Shown: positions 12,085 through 24,527, numbered from the stretch's first letter. The stretch: 64,000 nucleotides of DNA from Octopus bimaculoides (GCF_001194135.2 NC_068993.1:23662215-23726214); one strand, 5' to 3'. Notes: generated by a model from the sequence alone, not told the origin. Numbers and translations are program-made.

Positions 12085-13482
12085 GTATGTATATATAGGA
12101 ACTTAGAAGAAAGCCTGAGATTGTGTATATTATTGACCACAAAAACGCATAGCGAATCTAACGTGAAGCACTTACAAGATCACTGGATTGCACTTCGAAG
12201 AAATAAAGTCTAAACGTAAACGAGAAGGAAATGAAATATAATAACTGCAAATAAGCCAAGCATAACCTATGCCTAATTTATGCATTTATATGGCCAAAAT
12301 GTTATTCATTGGATGCACCACACTTAGATACAAATTAACTTGGCGAACGACCTTTTGAGAACAACATAGGATAATTATTCGCGTTACGGGGCCATGTTTA
12401 CATTACTGGATACACTCAAATGAGATTTGAGTACGCTTACTATATTAAAAGTATGGTTGATGGATGTGAAATATTTTCCGAAAAATTGCACCATATTTTT
12501 ATTAAAATCTTCTACACTGTCTAACGAGAAGTGTATTTGGGGAAACAAGAACCTTGCACCACCGCTCCCAGTTCCCTTATTCATATATTTTCAACTATTG
12601 TGGAGAAAAGGCTATGTATTATTCCACTTGTAAATAATGAAATCGTGAATATGATTTCTAGCACGAGGAGGCATGCCAGATAACATTAAAACTGTCGCCG
12701 TTTTCGTATTCTCGATGAAAACAATAGAAAGAGTACGCAAGTTTTACAATGGTTTGCTCTATCGAATTGGTAACCTGGTGTATTACACATACAGTGAATT
12801 AGAGCTCTTCTGACATTTACAGATGTATCTATCAGCTTGTATTATTTGAAACACAGGAATAACATAAATTTCTTTCCATATAGATATTGACAGATTATCT
12901 ATAGGATTAGACAAAAAATTCTTCCAGCAGAACACACTGACCAAAACTATACATAATGCTAGGACATTGTCCCACAACATTTGGTAATCTTGAACAGTTG
13001 AAAATCTTTAAACATTCCCTTTAGCCCTGCACATCATTACTAACCCACCCACCTCTTTCTTTTTTTGATCTAATCTATGCAATAGTTCTTGTAAGAAAGA
13101 GAACACTCATTATATTTCTGAGACAGTGATTTATACTGACGCCACAATATATGTGCCATATGTACTGACTGGAAGATGTAGTTTAGCCAACCAGATATTG
13201 TTGTCAAAAGCAAACAACAAAAGCAGAATTTTCTACGATTCGACGTATGATTTCAAACAGATAGTGATATCAGAATTTAGAGAATGGACATTAGAGATAA
13301 CCCAGAATCGGAGCCGAAAATCTTTAACGAACTATAAGACATTTGGGAGTGATGAAAAATAGGCAGCATAACACATTACAAAAACGGTGAGAATAGCGCC
13401 GATATGCCACTCATATAACTGTGCTTAATAGTAAAGTGAAAGCACACGGTAAAAAATATACACTGAATGAATATATAAATAA

Positions 13483-13520
<38 letters not shown>

Positions 13521-13570
13521 CAACAACAACAACAACAACAGCAACAACAACAACAACAATAATAATAATG

Positions 13571-13628
<58 letters not shown>

Positions 13629-13644
13629 CAATAATAATAATAAT

Positions 13645-13900
13645 AATCCCGGAGCACTGACAACCAGGTTCGAGAAATATATCATAGAAATCGGAATTGA
13701 CATGAGAGCAGGACAAGCACCAAAACTGTTCTGCTGGGGATAGCTAGGATTTTCAGATCGCTACTTAGATTTTGAATGGGATCCACGATAATTAGCAACC
13801 CCAAGTATAAAAGCTAATAATGTGCGAAAAGAGATCGTGTGAGACCTCGGAGAGGGCTGCTGTCCACTCTCACAGAATCTACCAGAACAAACAAGACCGA
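13645..13900 (+). mobile_element. R4/Dong 3'-terminal fragment
   Basis: Follows (AAT)n; peptide IPGALTTRFEKYIIEIGI...KTVLLGIARIFR equals the conserved xKxxLLGTARILR C-terminus of RLE-type ORFs. Confidence 0.65.
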
Positions 13901-13929
13901 GCGTTCTGAGTAGTACAACGAAGTTAAAA

Positions 13930-15085
13930 ATAAGGAAAACTTAAAAACCAGGAAAAACAACAGAAGTTTTCTGACTGGCAGGAGAAGTCTTTGCAGAGTA
14001 GTTTCCCAAAGATAGTTGTAGCAAATAGCAATAGTTAGACACGGTTATGATTGCAGAAATGAAGGCTGAAAAGGGAGACAAAAAGGTTGTTAGTAGCAGC
14101 ACAAAATCAAGCATTAAGGACTAATTGGAGGAAAATCAAGATAACCAAAAGCCAAGTAGATTCCCAGTGTAGGTTATACAAAGCAAAAGAGGAAATCGAT
14201 ACTCACACAGGGTTGGCCAAAAGTCACCCGAGAGTAAATCAAAATTCCATAAATACTTAATATTCAACTTTACGATGAAAGTAAACAAACAAAATTTGTC
14301 TTTAGAAGCATTGAGATGTATTGTAAGATACAGAAATAAATTTATTTCTCAAACGCGTGATAATGCTATAAATAGCTTGATCAGGATAAATTATCCATAT
14401 AATGCAGAAAAATACGTTACCGGCCAGCCTATTCATTCCAAGTATGAATGTCTAATAATAATAAAATAATTGTTTTAAAGTTGGAATTAGGTGGTTTTGA
14501 TTTACTGTCAGATGACTTTTGGCCATCCCAGTATAGTAAGAGAATGTAGCATGCTGGCACAGAAAGAATACAAGAAAAGTCATAACAACTTAAGGAGCCT
14601 ATGTAAAAAGCTAGGAGCTGAACACACAAATAAATAGTATGAACTGAACCTAGTAAAGTACTAGAAAGTAAGAAATATAAGATATTGTGGTACTTAAACA
14701 TTCAGACTGACAGAGTAATAGAAGCTAGAAGGCCTTATTTAGTAGTAGTAGATAAAAAGATTGGAAAGTGCTAGATAATTGACTTTAGAGACCCAGATGA
14801 TGAAAAAATCTATATTAGAGGTGTAGAAAAAAATAACAAAGTACCAGAACCTAGCTATTGAATTACAGAGACTATGAGAATTGCGGGTAAAATGTATCGC
14901 AGTTGTTATAGGTCCGTTTGAACAGATGGGTAGAGGAAATAGACAGCTTAGAACAGTTCCAGAAAACAGTGTTATTAGGAACAGGTAGGATACTTAGAAG
15001 GGTTCTTGTAATCTAAGGTTACTTGTATCTCCAAGTTATGAATTTTTTTTTCCAACAGTCTAATCTGTTGTGTGCATATGAATTA
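13930..15085 (+). mobile_element. R4/Dong C-terminal region (CCHC knuckle and PD-(D/E)xK RLE nuclease) interrupted by a MITE
   Basis: DSQCRL..KEEIDT[H | MITE | I]VRECSMLAQKEYKK...ILWYLNIQTDRVIEARRPYLVVVDK...IID...QKTVLLGTGRILRRVL*; ends in an (AAC/AAT)n tail. Confidence 0.85.
14208..14531. mobile_element. Tc1/mariner-type MITE (~324 bp)
   Basis: TIRs CAGGGTTGGCCAAAAGTCACCCG and CAGATGACTTTTGGCCATCCCAG; flanked by CA (presumed mutated TA) and TA; removing it restores the Dong reading T-H-I-V-R-E-C. Confidence 0.8.
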
Positions 15086-15099
15086 CAACAACAATAATA

Positions 15100-15420
15100 A
15101 TACGGAAAACAAAGAGAAGAAGTACAAAAGAACATGGTGTATCATTTTGTAACAGGGAACTTCACAACCACTTGCATGTAGCCACAAGAGAAGTTGCCGG
15201 AAAATAGGTGGGATTAGATCTGGCAAGGTATACTGAAGGGACAGAGAACTACACAGGTAGCGCAGGACCAAGGTTTGACTACGAATTGGAGATTCAACTT
15301 TAGAAATGAGTGAGTGTCTCCGCTGTGCCGCATCTGCAATAGAGTAGATGAAACCAATGCCCTAGACTTGCGCAGAACCACTACAAGTTGTGGTGACACG
15401 ATCAAGCCCCGCACGCAGCC
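15100..15420 (+). mobile_element. R4/Dong fragment (pre-knuckle and CCHC region)
   Basis: Peptides ..QVAQDQGLTTNW, VSPLCRICNRVDET and LAQNHYKLW.HDQ; bounded by (AAT/AAC)n. Confidence 0.7.
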
Positions 15421-15656
15421 TGTGTAAAGCAATGTCAGTATAATAAAATTAACACCACCAAAACAAACCACAGTACATACTAATGGCACATACAGCAATA
15501 AAAACAATAACAACACCAACAACAGCAACAACAATAATAATAGTAATAATAATGATGATGATGATGAGGAGGAGGAGGAGGAGGAGGAGGATAATAATAA
15601 TAATATTAATAATAATATAGAAAGGATTGAGGTAACTCCTCCTGAAGATATAGAGC

Positions 15657-15748
15657 CAAAATTAAAAGAAGAGTGCCATTTGTTATCTTGTGAACAATGT
15701 CGGAATATTGTTCACAAGATAACAAATGGCACTCACCTTTTAATTTTG
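15657..15748. repeat. 92-nt near-perfect inverted repeat (42-bp stem, 8-nt loop)
   Basis: Arms 15657-15698 and 15707-15748 are complementary at 40/42 positions. Confidence 0.95.
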
Positions 15749-15750
15749 AC

Positions 15751-15782
<32 letters not shown>

Positions 15783-15785
<3 letters not shown>

Positions 15786-18465
15786 GTAGAAACGACGCAT
15801 TGAAATGGACATAATGCGGGCAAGGCAAGATCTTGGAAAACTTGAGAAATGGTTAAGAGGACACTGGAAAATTGAAAAGGATCGACCGAGAGAAAATAGA
15901 GAAGAAATATAAAATACGGAAGAACTAGTTTGATGCAGTACCAGAACAGTTAAAACAGAGGATCAGATTTGTGAACATAAAATAAGCAGTTCCAGGAGAA
16001 CAGATTGTTCAAAAATAACCCGAAGCAATTCTTCCGAAAGTTAGGTGGAGACAACTGGGAAAATGTTTCTCCTGATGCAAATCAAGCCAAGGAGTTCTGG
16101 AGCGGATTATTGGGAAATAATGTGGCGGATAAAAGGGATGTGCTGTGGATAGGGGCTATCAAGGCAGAATTACAAGGAGGAAAGACATAAAGGAATATTT
16201 TTATAAGCACAGTTGACTTGAAAGAACAAGTGGTTAAAGTGCCTAAATGGAAAGCCCCCGGACCAAATGGGATTCATGGTCTTTGGCTGAAAAGATTCCA
16301 GCGGTGCATGAAAGACTAGCAGCCCAGTTGAATGAGTCTGTCCAGAAAGGTAGAGTCCCCGCGTGAATGGTGACTGGGAGGACATCACTTATAATGAAAA
16401 ATAGAAGAAAGGGGAATATTGTGGGGAGACTACCGTCTCGTACCATGCCTTAAAAATAATCTGGAAGACACTCACTGGAATATGCGTGACAAAGACATAC
16501 TTTCCTGACACAAGAAGAAATACTACAAGGGGAACAATAAGGAAGTAGGAAGAGTTCTGAGGACACCAAGGATCACCTGGTCATCGTTAAAACAGTTTAG
16601 AGGCATTGTAAAAAATGTCATACACCCATGTCTATGGCTTAGATTTACTTTAAGAAGGCATATGATATGATGCCTCATTCTTGGATCGTTGGATGCCTGC
16701 AGATGTTTGGTCTTGCTGACAATATCACAAATTTTGTGATACATAAGATGAAAGCGTGCAAAACCAGTTGTATGTAAGTAATGTATTCCTTGGAGAAGTT
16801 AATATTAAAAGGGGAATCTTCCAAGGTAACTGGTTTTCTCCGTTAGTATTTGTAATTGTAATAACACCCGTAAGAATCACACTTAGGAATGTTAAGATGC
16901 GTTGCCGATGTGGGAAGAAAGGCCCATCATTGAACCATCTTCTGTTTATGGATGACCTGAAATTATTAGGGACAACTGAAAAACAGATTCCTTAACCAAA
17001 ACGGTCCAGAAGTGTGGTAGGGCCATCGGTATGGAATTTCGGATTATCAAATGCTCAGTACTTAATATGAAAAGAAAGAATAACGCATCCTGCAGAGAAT
17101 TGCAGTTACCATTAGCAGAGACCATGGGTGACTCCGACTGTAGAGGGTATAGGCATATAGGGATTTTGGAGCTGGATGAAATTCTACGCAGATAAATGAA
17201 AGTCAGGTCAGCGAGGCATATCAAAAAAGAGTGAAGATAGTTTTGAAATCCAGCCTGAGTGCCAAAATTTGATTACTGCAACAAATATCTGAGCAGTTGC
17301 GGTGATCAGATATAGTGCGCCCTTCTTCAAATGAACTAAGGAGGAAATATGAACACTGGATAGAAGAACGAGAAAATTTATGACGCTGTTTGGGTCTCTA
17401 CACCCTAAAGCAAACATAAATGGACTGCTTATGAAAAGAAAGAATGGTGGCAGAGGACTAATTTGTATAGACCATTGTATAAGGAGTGAAAGGTGAACGC
17501 TTGCCAAGTATTTGATAGATAGTGATGAAGATCTGCTGCAATATGCCGCGAAATATGTGGGTATAAATGCAGATGAAATTATGGGCAAGGAAGAGTTTAA
17601 CCTAGGAGCTGAGAAGAAAAAAGAAGACCTTCTTGACATGAGAATGCTTGGACTGTTTGAAAGGAATACACTGGATGTTAAGGAAAATAGAGCATTTCGG
17701 GCATGGCGTGAGCGAGGTAATTTGAAGCGTGCCACCGAAGCCTGATCATTGCTGCACAAGACCAGGCTCTCGCTACCAAGTCAGAGAAATATATCATCTA
17801 TAAAACTTCTGACACCCAGAAATGCAGACTCAATGGAAAGAGTGTGGAGAATGCGACCCACTTGCTAAGTCGATGTGAGAGCCTTGCACAATGAGAATAC
17901 AAGAGCCGCTACGATAAAGTGAGTGTGTATCTTCATTGACTCTTATGCCATCAATACCGATATGAAGTAACAGAGAATGTGTATGACCATGTATCAAGTA
18001 AAGTTATGCAGGAGGATGGAAAAGTAACAATACTCTGGGACTATGATTTGCAGATGGATCGAAAACCGTCGGCCAGATATTGTCAAATTGAATAGAAGAG
18101 ACAAATACTGTCAGATCACTGATGTAACTATACCAAATGAAATGAATGTTGTGAGTAAAGTGGCTGAAAAAATTACCAAGTACTCCGAATTGAAAGTGAA
18201 AATATTAAGACTCAATGGAGTGCAAGATTGTATGGAATGTAAAAGTGATACCAGTGGTGATCAGAGCTTTGGGATCTATTCCATTGAAATTTCAAGACGT
18301 CTTATGGCAACTGGAAATCCCATGCAAGATTGATGTCTTGTAAAGCAGCCTTATTGGGCACAGCGCACATCTTAAGGAAAAAGTTATGTGTCTGAGGTCC
18401 TTGTTGTGACTTGACGAATGACAAGACTCCGGTACATTTTTACCTACACTGTGTTAAGAAGAAAT
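15783..18465 (+). mobile_element. R4/Dong-clade non-LTR retrotransposon, 5'-truncated ~2.7-kb pseudogene (RT, CCHC, RLE endonuclease, 3'UTR)
   Basis: Across frameshifts: KAPGPNGIHGLWLK, KKAYDMMPHSWI, RGIFQGNWFSPLVF, HLLFMDDLKL, AAQDQALAT, LWDYD..RRPDIV...ITDVTIP, AALLGTAHILRK; (AAT)n at the 5' junction and AAT/GAT repeats at the 3' junction. Confidence 0.92.
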
Positions 18466-18469
18466 AGTA

Positions 18470-18500
<31 letters not shown>

Positions 18501-20384
18501 GGAGGAGGAGGANNNNNNNNNNNNNNNNNNNNNNNNNNNNNNNNNNNNNNNNNNNNNNNNNNNNNNNNNNNNNNNNNNNNNNNNNNNNNNNNNNNNNNNN
18601 NNNNNNNNNNNNNNNNNNNNNNNNNNNNNNNNNNNNNNNNNNNNNNNNNNNNNNNNNNNNNNNNNNNNNNNNNNNNNNNNNNNNNNNNNNNNNNNNNNNN
18701 NNNNNNNNNNNNNNNNNNNNNNNNNNNNNNNNNNNNNNNNNNNNNNTATGTCATAAAAACAAAATAATAAATAATTATAAACAATATCACATAATTTATT
18801 CCGTTATCATCAAGAAGACACAAATCTTTTAAATAGCGAAGTAAATATTAAGGAAATCTAACATAATAGAAAAAGAGTACCAGAAATCAAAGGAATCGTG
18901 ATTCAAATAAGATAATCTTGTAACGTCTCAAAATATACGTCGTGTTCATGTGTGAAAATGTGTCTTTGAGCAAAAGAAACAATTAGATTCAAAAGATGCT
19001 AAGTAACATAGAATTCAATAGGATAAAAGTACAATATAATTTTAGAAGTATACAAACAACACACATTGTCGCATAACAGAAATTTCAAAGCAAGAGAAGC
19101 CAGCAGCATTGAAACCACAAACGTATGAATTGTGCGACTACGAGAAAGAAATATTGGAAGCATCACAAGGTGATAAATTCACCAACACATAGATGAAACG
19201 TAAACATTTTCCATGAAAGAAGCAGAATCTTAATTGCCGAGCACGGGGAATCATTCCAGCATCAAAAGCATAAAGATATATAAGACGTTGAAAAACAGAG
19301 AACATGAAATTTCTGCATTCAATATACATTTCGGTCACTGATATATTTACAAAGACCAAACAGAAAATTGAATAAGTGAGGTGCAGAATGAACTTAGTAT
19401 GCATTGGACTGTATAACATTGCACAATTATCTACAAAACAAAGTAGTGGATAAAAAATTGTAAGTAAATCAGGAGGTAAATCATTATATGTAGTTAATAT
19501 ACATGAAAATCGTGATTGCGGGAATAAGTATATTTCAAATAGGCTGTCTCTCTCTATTGACACCTTGTCCAATACAACTATAGCAGATGCATTCATTTTG
19601 AACTTAGATCTGTATGACATGAAATGACTAGTAGCTTTCTTTTGTTTGTGAATTTCCCTATCCCTACAGGTGGAGTATTCAGATGAGATATATACTATAC
19701 CATACATAGGAATTTGTGAAGTAGGCAGTGTGCAACATCTACCATAGAAAGTTTAGGTTTAGGTGTAAATAATTTAACATTTGAAACTAAGTTAATAAAC
19801 CAATACTCGACATGCACGCTCAAAACAGAATTTATACGAAGCTCTGGCTGATGCATATTATGAGATTCCAGCAATTAGGTCCTGTGTTCCTAGTTCCAAT
19901 GTTGCTGGTTACTGTGAGAAAATATTCTCACTCAGCTTACATTTTACTCATCTGTAAATCTACAAGCTTCTGGTTTCGTTGTTTGTGAAAATTGCTACAA
20001 AATGGCAGTTGTTTGCTTCTAATAGACATTTACATTTCTCATCTTCGTCGCATTCCGACCCAATATCTGATAAATTCTCTTAATTCTTTGCACTTGATTT
20101 ACGTAACGCATTGGTTGTCATATACGTCACCTCTGCTTTAATATTGTTGTCAGTTTTATAGGTTTAATTGTTCCACACCGTTTTCATCCCCGTTTCTATT
20201 TAGGACTATACTTGGCCTCCTTCTCACTGATGTGTTGTGTCTTTACATGATGCGTAACCGTATATGTTCCCCTCTGAGCGTCTAACATTACTGCGGTTAT
20301 TAATAACACTTTCTTATGCCAGTCAAAAAAAAAAATTGATGTGAACAGGCAGTTACTTGCTGCTTATTTTAGTGCTGCGCTCGT

Positions 20385-20740
20385 TTGAGGGTGTACAAGG
20401 TTTGGCTGTAAAGTCCATAGGCTGACTAAGTTACCCTCATGGAATATGACCAAATGAGGTATATTTTTCAACATAGTCTCCCTTCCAGTCCATCCACTTC
20501 TTCCATCGGCGTTGCAGTGCTTGGATCTAATTGAAGAAGCTTTCATCCTGTTTCTTTAACCAAGTCATCAGTTGCAGATAAGACGTCATCATCATTTCGA
20601 TAATGGACCCCATTCGATGGTTTGTCTATGATGGAGAACTGATGATTGTCAGATGGAGCCAAACCAGACGAATGAGGAGGGTGAACAACCAGTTCAAAGC
20701 TACTGTCACACAGAGCAGTCATTTTATTAGTCTCTGCGCT
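20385..20740 (-). mobile_element. mariner 3' end: transposase C-terminus plus right TIR
   Basis: Minus-strand FELVVHPPHSSGLAPSD (YSPDLAPSD-like) ...IQALQRRWKKWMDWKGDYVEK*; TIR-like GGTTTGGCTGTAAAGTCCATAGGCTGAC at ~20400-20428. Confidence 0.85.
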
Positions 20741-21065
20741 GACAGCTGTAATAATTATAAAACTGGTAGTATTGTGTAGGGCTATGATGAGTGCTTTGGT
20801 GCTTTTGCTGGTATTCTTAGGACTGATAGTTTTGAGAGTGTTATTTCGTTGTTGCTGAAATGACTAACATTACTTTTGTTAATGTTATCATATTTTGCTT
20901 TTAATCTCATTATACTTATTAGTGCGACTCAGGTTTTATATTTAAAGGTCAAACTTCTTCATAGCTTAATTAGAATAATATACTGCTAACAGCTGCATCT
21001 TCTACAATTAGAAATCTTACTGGAGATACTTAAAGACCAATTGCTTATAAATGTTTTATGCACAT

Positions 21066-21443
21066 AGGCGGAGGAGTGGCTGTGTGGTAAGTAGCTTGCT
21101 TACCAACGACATGGTCCCGGGTTCAGTCCAACTGCGTGGCATCTTGGGCAAGTGTCTTCTACTATAGCCTCGGGCCGACCAAAGCCTTGTGAGTGGATTT
21201 GGTAGACGGAAACTGAAAGAAGCCCGTCGTATATGTGTATATATATATGTGTGTATGTGTTTGTGTGTCTGTGTTTGTCCCCCCAACATCGCCCCCGTAA
21301 CTTAGCGGTTCGGCAAAAGAGACCGATAGAATAAGTACTAGGCTTCTAAAGAATAAGTCATGGGGGTGATTTGCTCGACTAAAGGCGGTGCTCCAGTATG
21401 GCCGCGGTCAAATAACTGAAACAAGTAAAAGAATAAAAAGAAT
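21066..21443 (+). mobile_element. tRNA-derived SINE family A, full length
   Basis: A-box-like TGGCTGTGTGG, B-box-like GGTTCAGTCC, central (TA/TG) microsatellite, tail GGCGGTGCTCCAGTATGGCC...ACTGAAACAAGTAAAAGAATAAAAAG. Confidence 0.85.
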
Positions 21444-21489
21444 TTAACTAAACTCCCGAATCGGTAAATAATGTTTTATCATCATTATC

Positions 21490-21627
21490 GTCATTTTGCC
21501 TTTCATACTTTCGGGGTCGATAGATTAAGTACCAGTCCAATAAGAGGGTCTATGTAATCGATTATTCCTCTTTCCCAACATTTCAGGCCGTGTGCCAATA
21601 ATGCAAAGGATTATTATTACTATTATT
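21490..21627 (+). mobile_element. SINE family B 3' half ending in (ATT)n
   Basis: TTTGCCTTTCAT.CTTTCGGGGTCGATA.ATTAAGTACCAG...TTTCAGGCC.TGTGCC...AAAGGATTATTATT. Confidence 0.75.
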
Positions 21628-22070
21628 GAGTGAGAGAGCAGTGCATGCCATCAAAGTGACACTGCGGTAAAATATACGAAGCCCATTATACCCACCATGA
21701 CTACCCGTCTGATAAGGGTACACAAGGCACATGCATCACATTATATCTGCGCAACATGGTGATCTCATACCGAGATAAACAGCGCATGACCTCGCAGGTG
21801 GGGCCCAGTTAGAATTTTCTTCAGGTCGAGTAGCCCATCCCGCTCAAAATGTCTCTGAATAAGGGTTGGTTAAGGATGTTGCGCATAAAACCCATGTTTC
21901 CAAAGGTGAATTATTCAAACCCCAAAGAATTCCTCTCAACACATGGCTATGATGCCCCCACAACTACTTCTGCTCATGATCAGAAATGCCCATATCGTTA
22001 CCCACCAAGGGACATGCTCAACTGGTTAAAGTCAAACAACTGACAAGCAAATCTGTGGTATTAAGCAGAA

Positions 22071-22074
<4 letters not shown>
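21628..22074 (-). mobile_element. Unclassified ~560-bp microsatellite-associated repeat, copy A (truncated)
   Basis: Aligns by eye with 23281-23843; (ATT)n on both sides. Strand is assigned only by convention, taking (AAT)n as sense. Confidence 0.85.
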
Positions 22075-22108
<34 letters not shown>

Positions 22109-22133
22109 TTATTATTATTATTATTATTATTAT

Positions 22134-22195
<62 letters not shown>

Positions 22196-22209
22196 TCATT
22201 ATTATTATT

Positions 22210-22740
22210 GAGGGAAAGAGCAGCACATACCATCAAAATGATATTGGGGTATATATCCGTCAAATATAAATAATGTAAATAATGTACGAATATGCGAGCC
22301 CAATATAACCAGGCATATGCAGCACACACATATGCACGTGACATACTGATCCCATATCGAGATAAACAGCGCATGCAAAAATTTTCTTCAAGTTGTATCA
22401 GTCATACCACTCAAAAGGAACCTGAATAAGGGTTGTTCAACGATGTTGACCGAAACACCTGTTACCCAAGGGGAATTATTCAAACCCCAAACAATTCCTC
22501 TCATTACATGGCTATGATGCTCTCCAATAATTTCTGCTCGTGATCAGAGATGCACATATCGTCAGTCACCAAGGGACATGCTCAACTGGTTAAGGTCAAG
22601 CAACTGACAAGCACATTGTGGTATCTAGCAGAATATCTGCCATAGCCCATCTCTTATACCAAGACAAAACATGTCCATCATAACACTTTGAATCAGTTAA
22701 GATCAGACGCCATAAGAACCACTGCCTGGTATTGCATCAG
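22210..22740 (-). mobile_element. ~560-bp repeat, copy B
   Basis: Homologous to copies A and D along its length; more diverged; (ATT)n on the left. Confidence 0.85.
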
Positions 22741-22789
22741 TGCAGTATGTCGCGCATATGCAGTGACGCGTGCGTCATAATGCTCCCGT

Positions 22790-23177
22790 CTAGATAAACG
22801 GCACATGACCTTGCAGGTGAGGGCCAATTAGAATTTTCTTCATGTCGGGTAGCCCATTCCGGTGAAAATGTCCCTGAATGAGGGTTGTTTAAGGATGATG
22901 AACAAAATACCCATATTTCCGAAGGTGAATTATCCAAAGGATTCCTCTCAACACATGGCTATGATCGTAACCCACTACTTCTTCTCGTGATCAGAAATGC
23001 ACATATCGTCAGCGACTAAGGAACATACTCAACTGGTTAAGGCCGAGCAACTGACAAGCAAATTGTGGTATTGAGCAGAATATTTGCTGTAGACCATCTT
23101 TTATTAAACAATGTACATGATAACACTGCAAATCAGTTAAGGTCAGAAGCCATGAGAACCACTGCCTGGTACTGCAT
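22790..23177 (-). mobile_element. ~560-bp repeat, copy C (truncated)
   Basis: GATAAAC.GC.CATGACCTTGCAGGTG...CCACTGCCTGGTACTGCAT is shared with the other copies. Confidence 0.85.
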
Positions 23178-23280
23178 AATTATCATCAACCCCTTCCTCT
23201 TCCTCTTCCTCCTCCTCCTCCTCCTCCTCCCCCTCCTCCTCCTCCTCGTCATCATCATCATCATCATTATTATTATTATT

Positions 23281-23841
23281 GAGTGAGAGAGCAGTGTATG
23301 CTATCAAAGTGACACTAGGGTAAAATATACGAAGCCCATTATACCCATCATGACTACACGTCTGATAAGGGTACACCAGGCACATGCATCACCACCATAT
23401 GTGCACGGCATGGGTGATATCATATCAAGATAAACAGAACATGGCCTTGCAGGTGGGGCCCAGTTAGAATTTTCTTCAGGTCGAGTAGCCCATCTCGCTC
23501 AAAGGGTCCCTGAATAAGGTTTGTTTGAGGATGTTGAGCAAAACACCCACGTTTCCAAAGGTGAATTATTAAAACCCCAAAGAACTCCTCTCAACACATG
23601 GCTATGATGCTCCGCCACTACTTCTGCTCATGATCAAAGATGCTCATATCATCAGCCACCAAGGGACATGCTCAACTGGTTAAGATCAAACAACTGACAA
23701 GCAAGTCTGTGGTATTAAGCAGAATATTTGCTGTAGCCCATCTTTTATACCAAGACAAAACAATGTACATGATAACACTTCCAATCAATTAAGATCAGAA
23801 TCCATTGGAGCCACTGCCCGCCTATTACTGCATCAGGGCAT

Positions 23842-23843
<2 letters not shown>
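23281..23843 (-). mobile_element. ~560-bp repeat, copy D (full length)
   Basis: Termini GAGTGAGAGAGCAGTG... and ...CTGCATCAGGGCATTC, each abutting (ATT)n. Confidence 0.9.
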
Positions 23844-23896
<53 letters not shown>

Positions 23897-24289
23897 CATC
23901 ATTGCTATTATCATTATCATCATCATCATCATCATCATCATCAGTATCTCCCAGAGCTCTCGGTGCTACTAGTTCTGGTTGATTCAGTGACAGCGGACAG
24001 AAGCCTGTTGTCTGCGGTCTCATAGAGTTGCTTTGTGCAAATTATTTAAGCTTTGGTACATAGAAGTTAACTTATCGTAGAAGATACTCAAACCCCAAGC
24101 AATCTCAAAATCCTAGCTCTTCCCAATGGAGCAGTTTTGGGGGTCTGCTCTGTCTTTATGTCAATTTCAATTTCTCCAACATTTATCCAGTATCTCATTA
24201 TCATTATTATCTGATTTCTATTATTTTTTCTTTAAAATTTATTTCCATTTCTTGCCGAGTGTTTTACAGTATACATTGATAGACCATTA

Positions 24290-24493
24290 ATCTAAACGCA
24301 CCCTCGAGGTCGACTCTTGCCTTTCATCCTTTCAGATTCGATTAAATAAGTGCCAGTTACACACTGGGATCGATGTAATCGACTTAATAGCTTCCCCAAA
24401 ATTTCAGGCCCTGTACCTACAATAGAAAGTATTATTATTGTTGTTGTTGCTGTTGTTGTTGTTATTATTATTATTATCATTATTATTATTATT

Positions 24494-24527
<34 letters not shown>

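Noticed and set aside
12400-13362. Coding-looking stretch with several 65-80-aa ORFs
   Set aside because: No consistent frame, splice chain or recognisable domain by eye.
19138-19707. 189-aa minus-strand ORF
   Set aside because: No recognisable motif, composition typical of reverse-translated AT-rich DNA, no splice or start context; kept only as unexplained.
21066-21140. tRNA-like sequences (also 30670-30742, 57580-57650)
   Set aside because: These are SINE heads with A/B boxes continuing into SINE bodies; no complete cloverleaf.
21628-23843. Repeat-spacer appearance suggestive of CRISPR or a satellite array
   Set aside because: Units are ~560 bp, unequal and diverged, the spacers are microsatellites, the context is eukaryotic and there are no cas genes.
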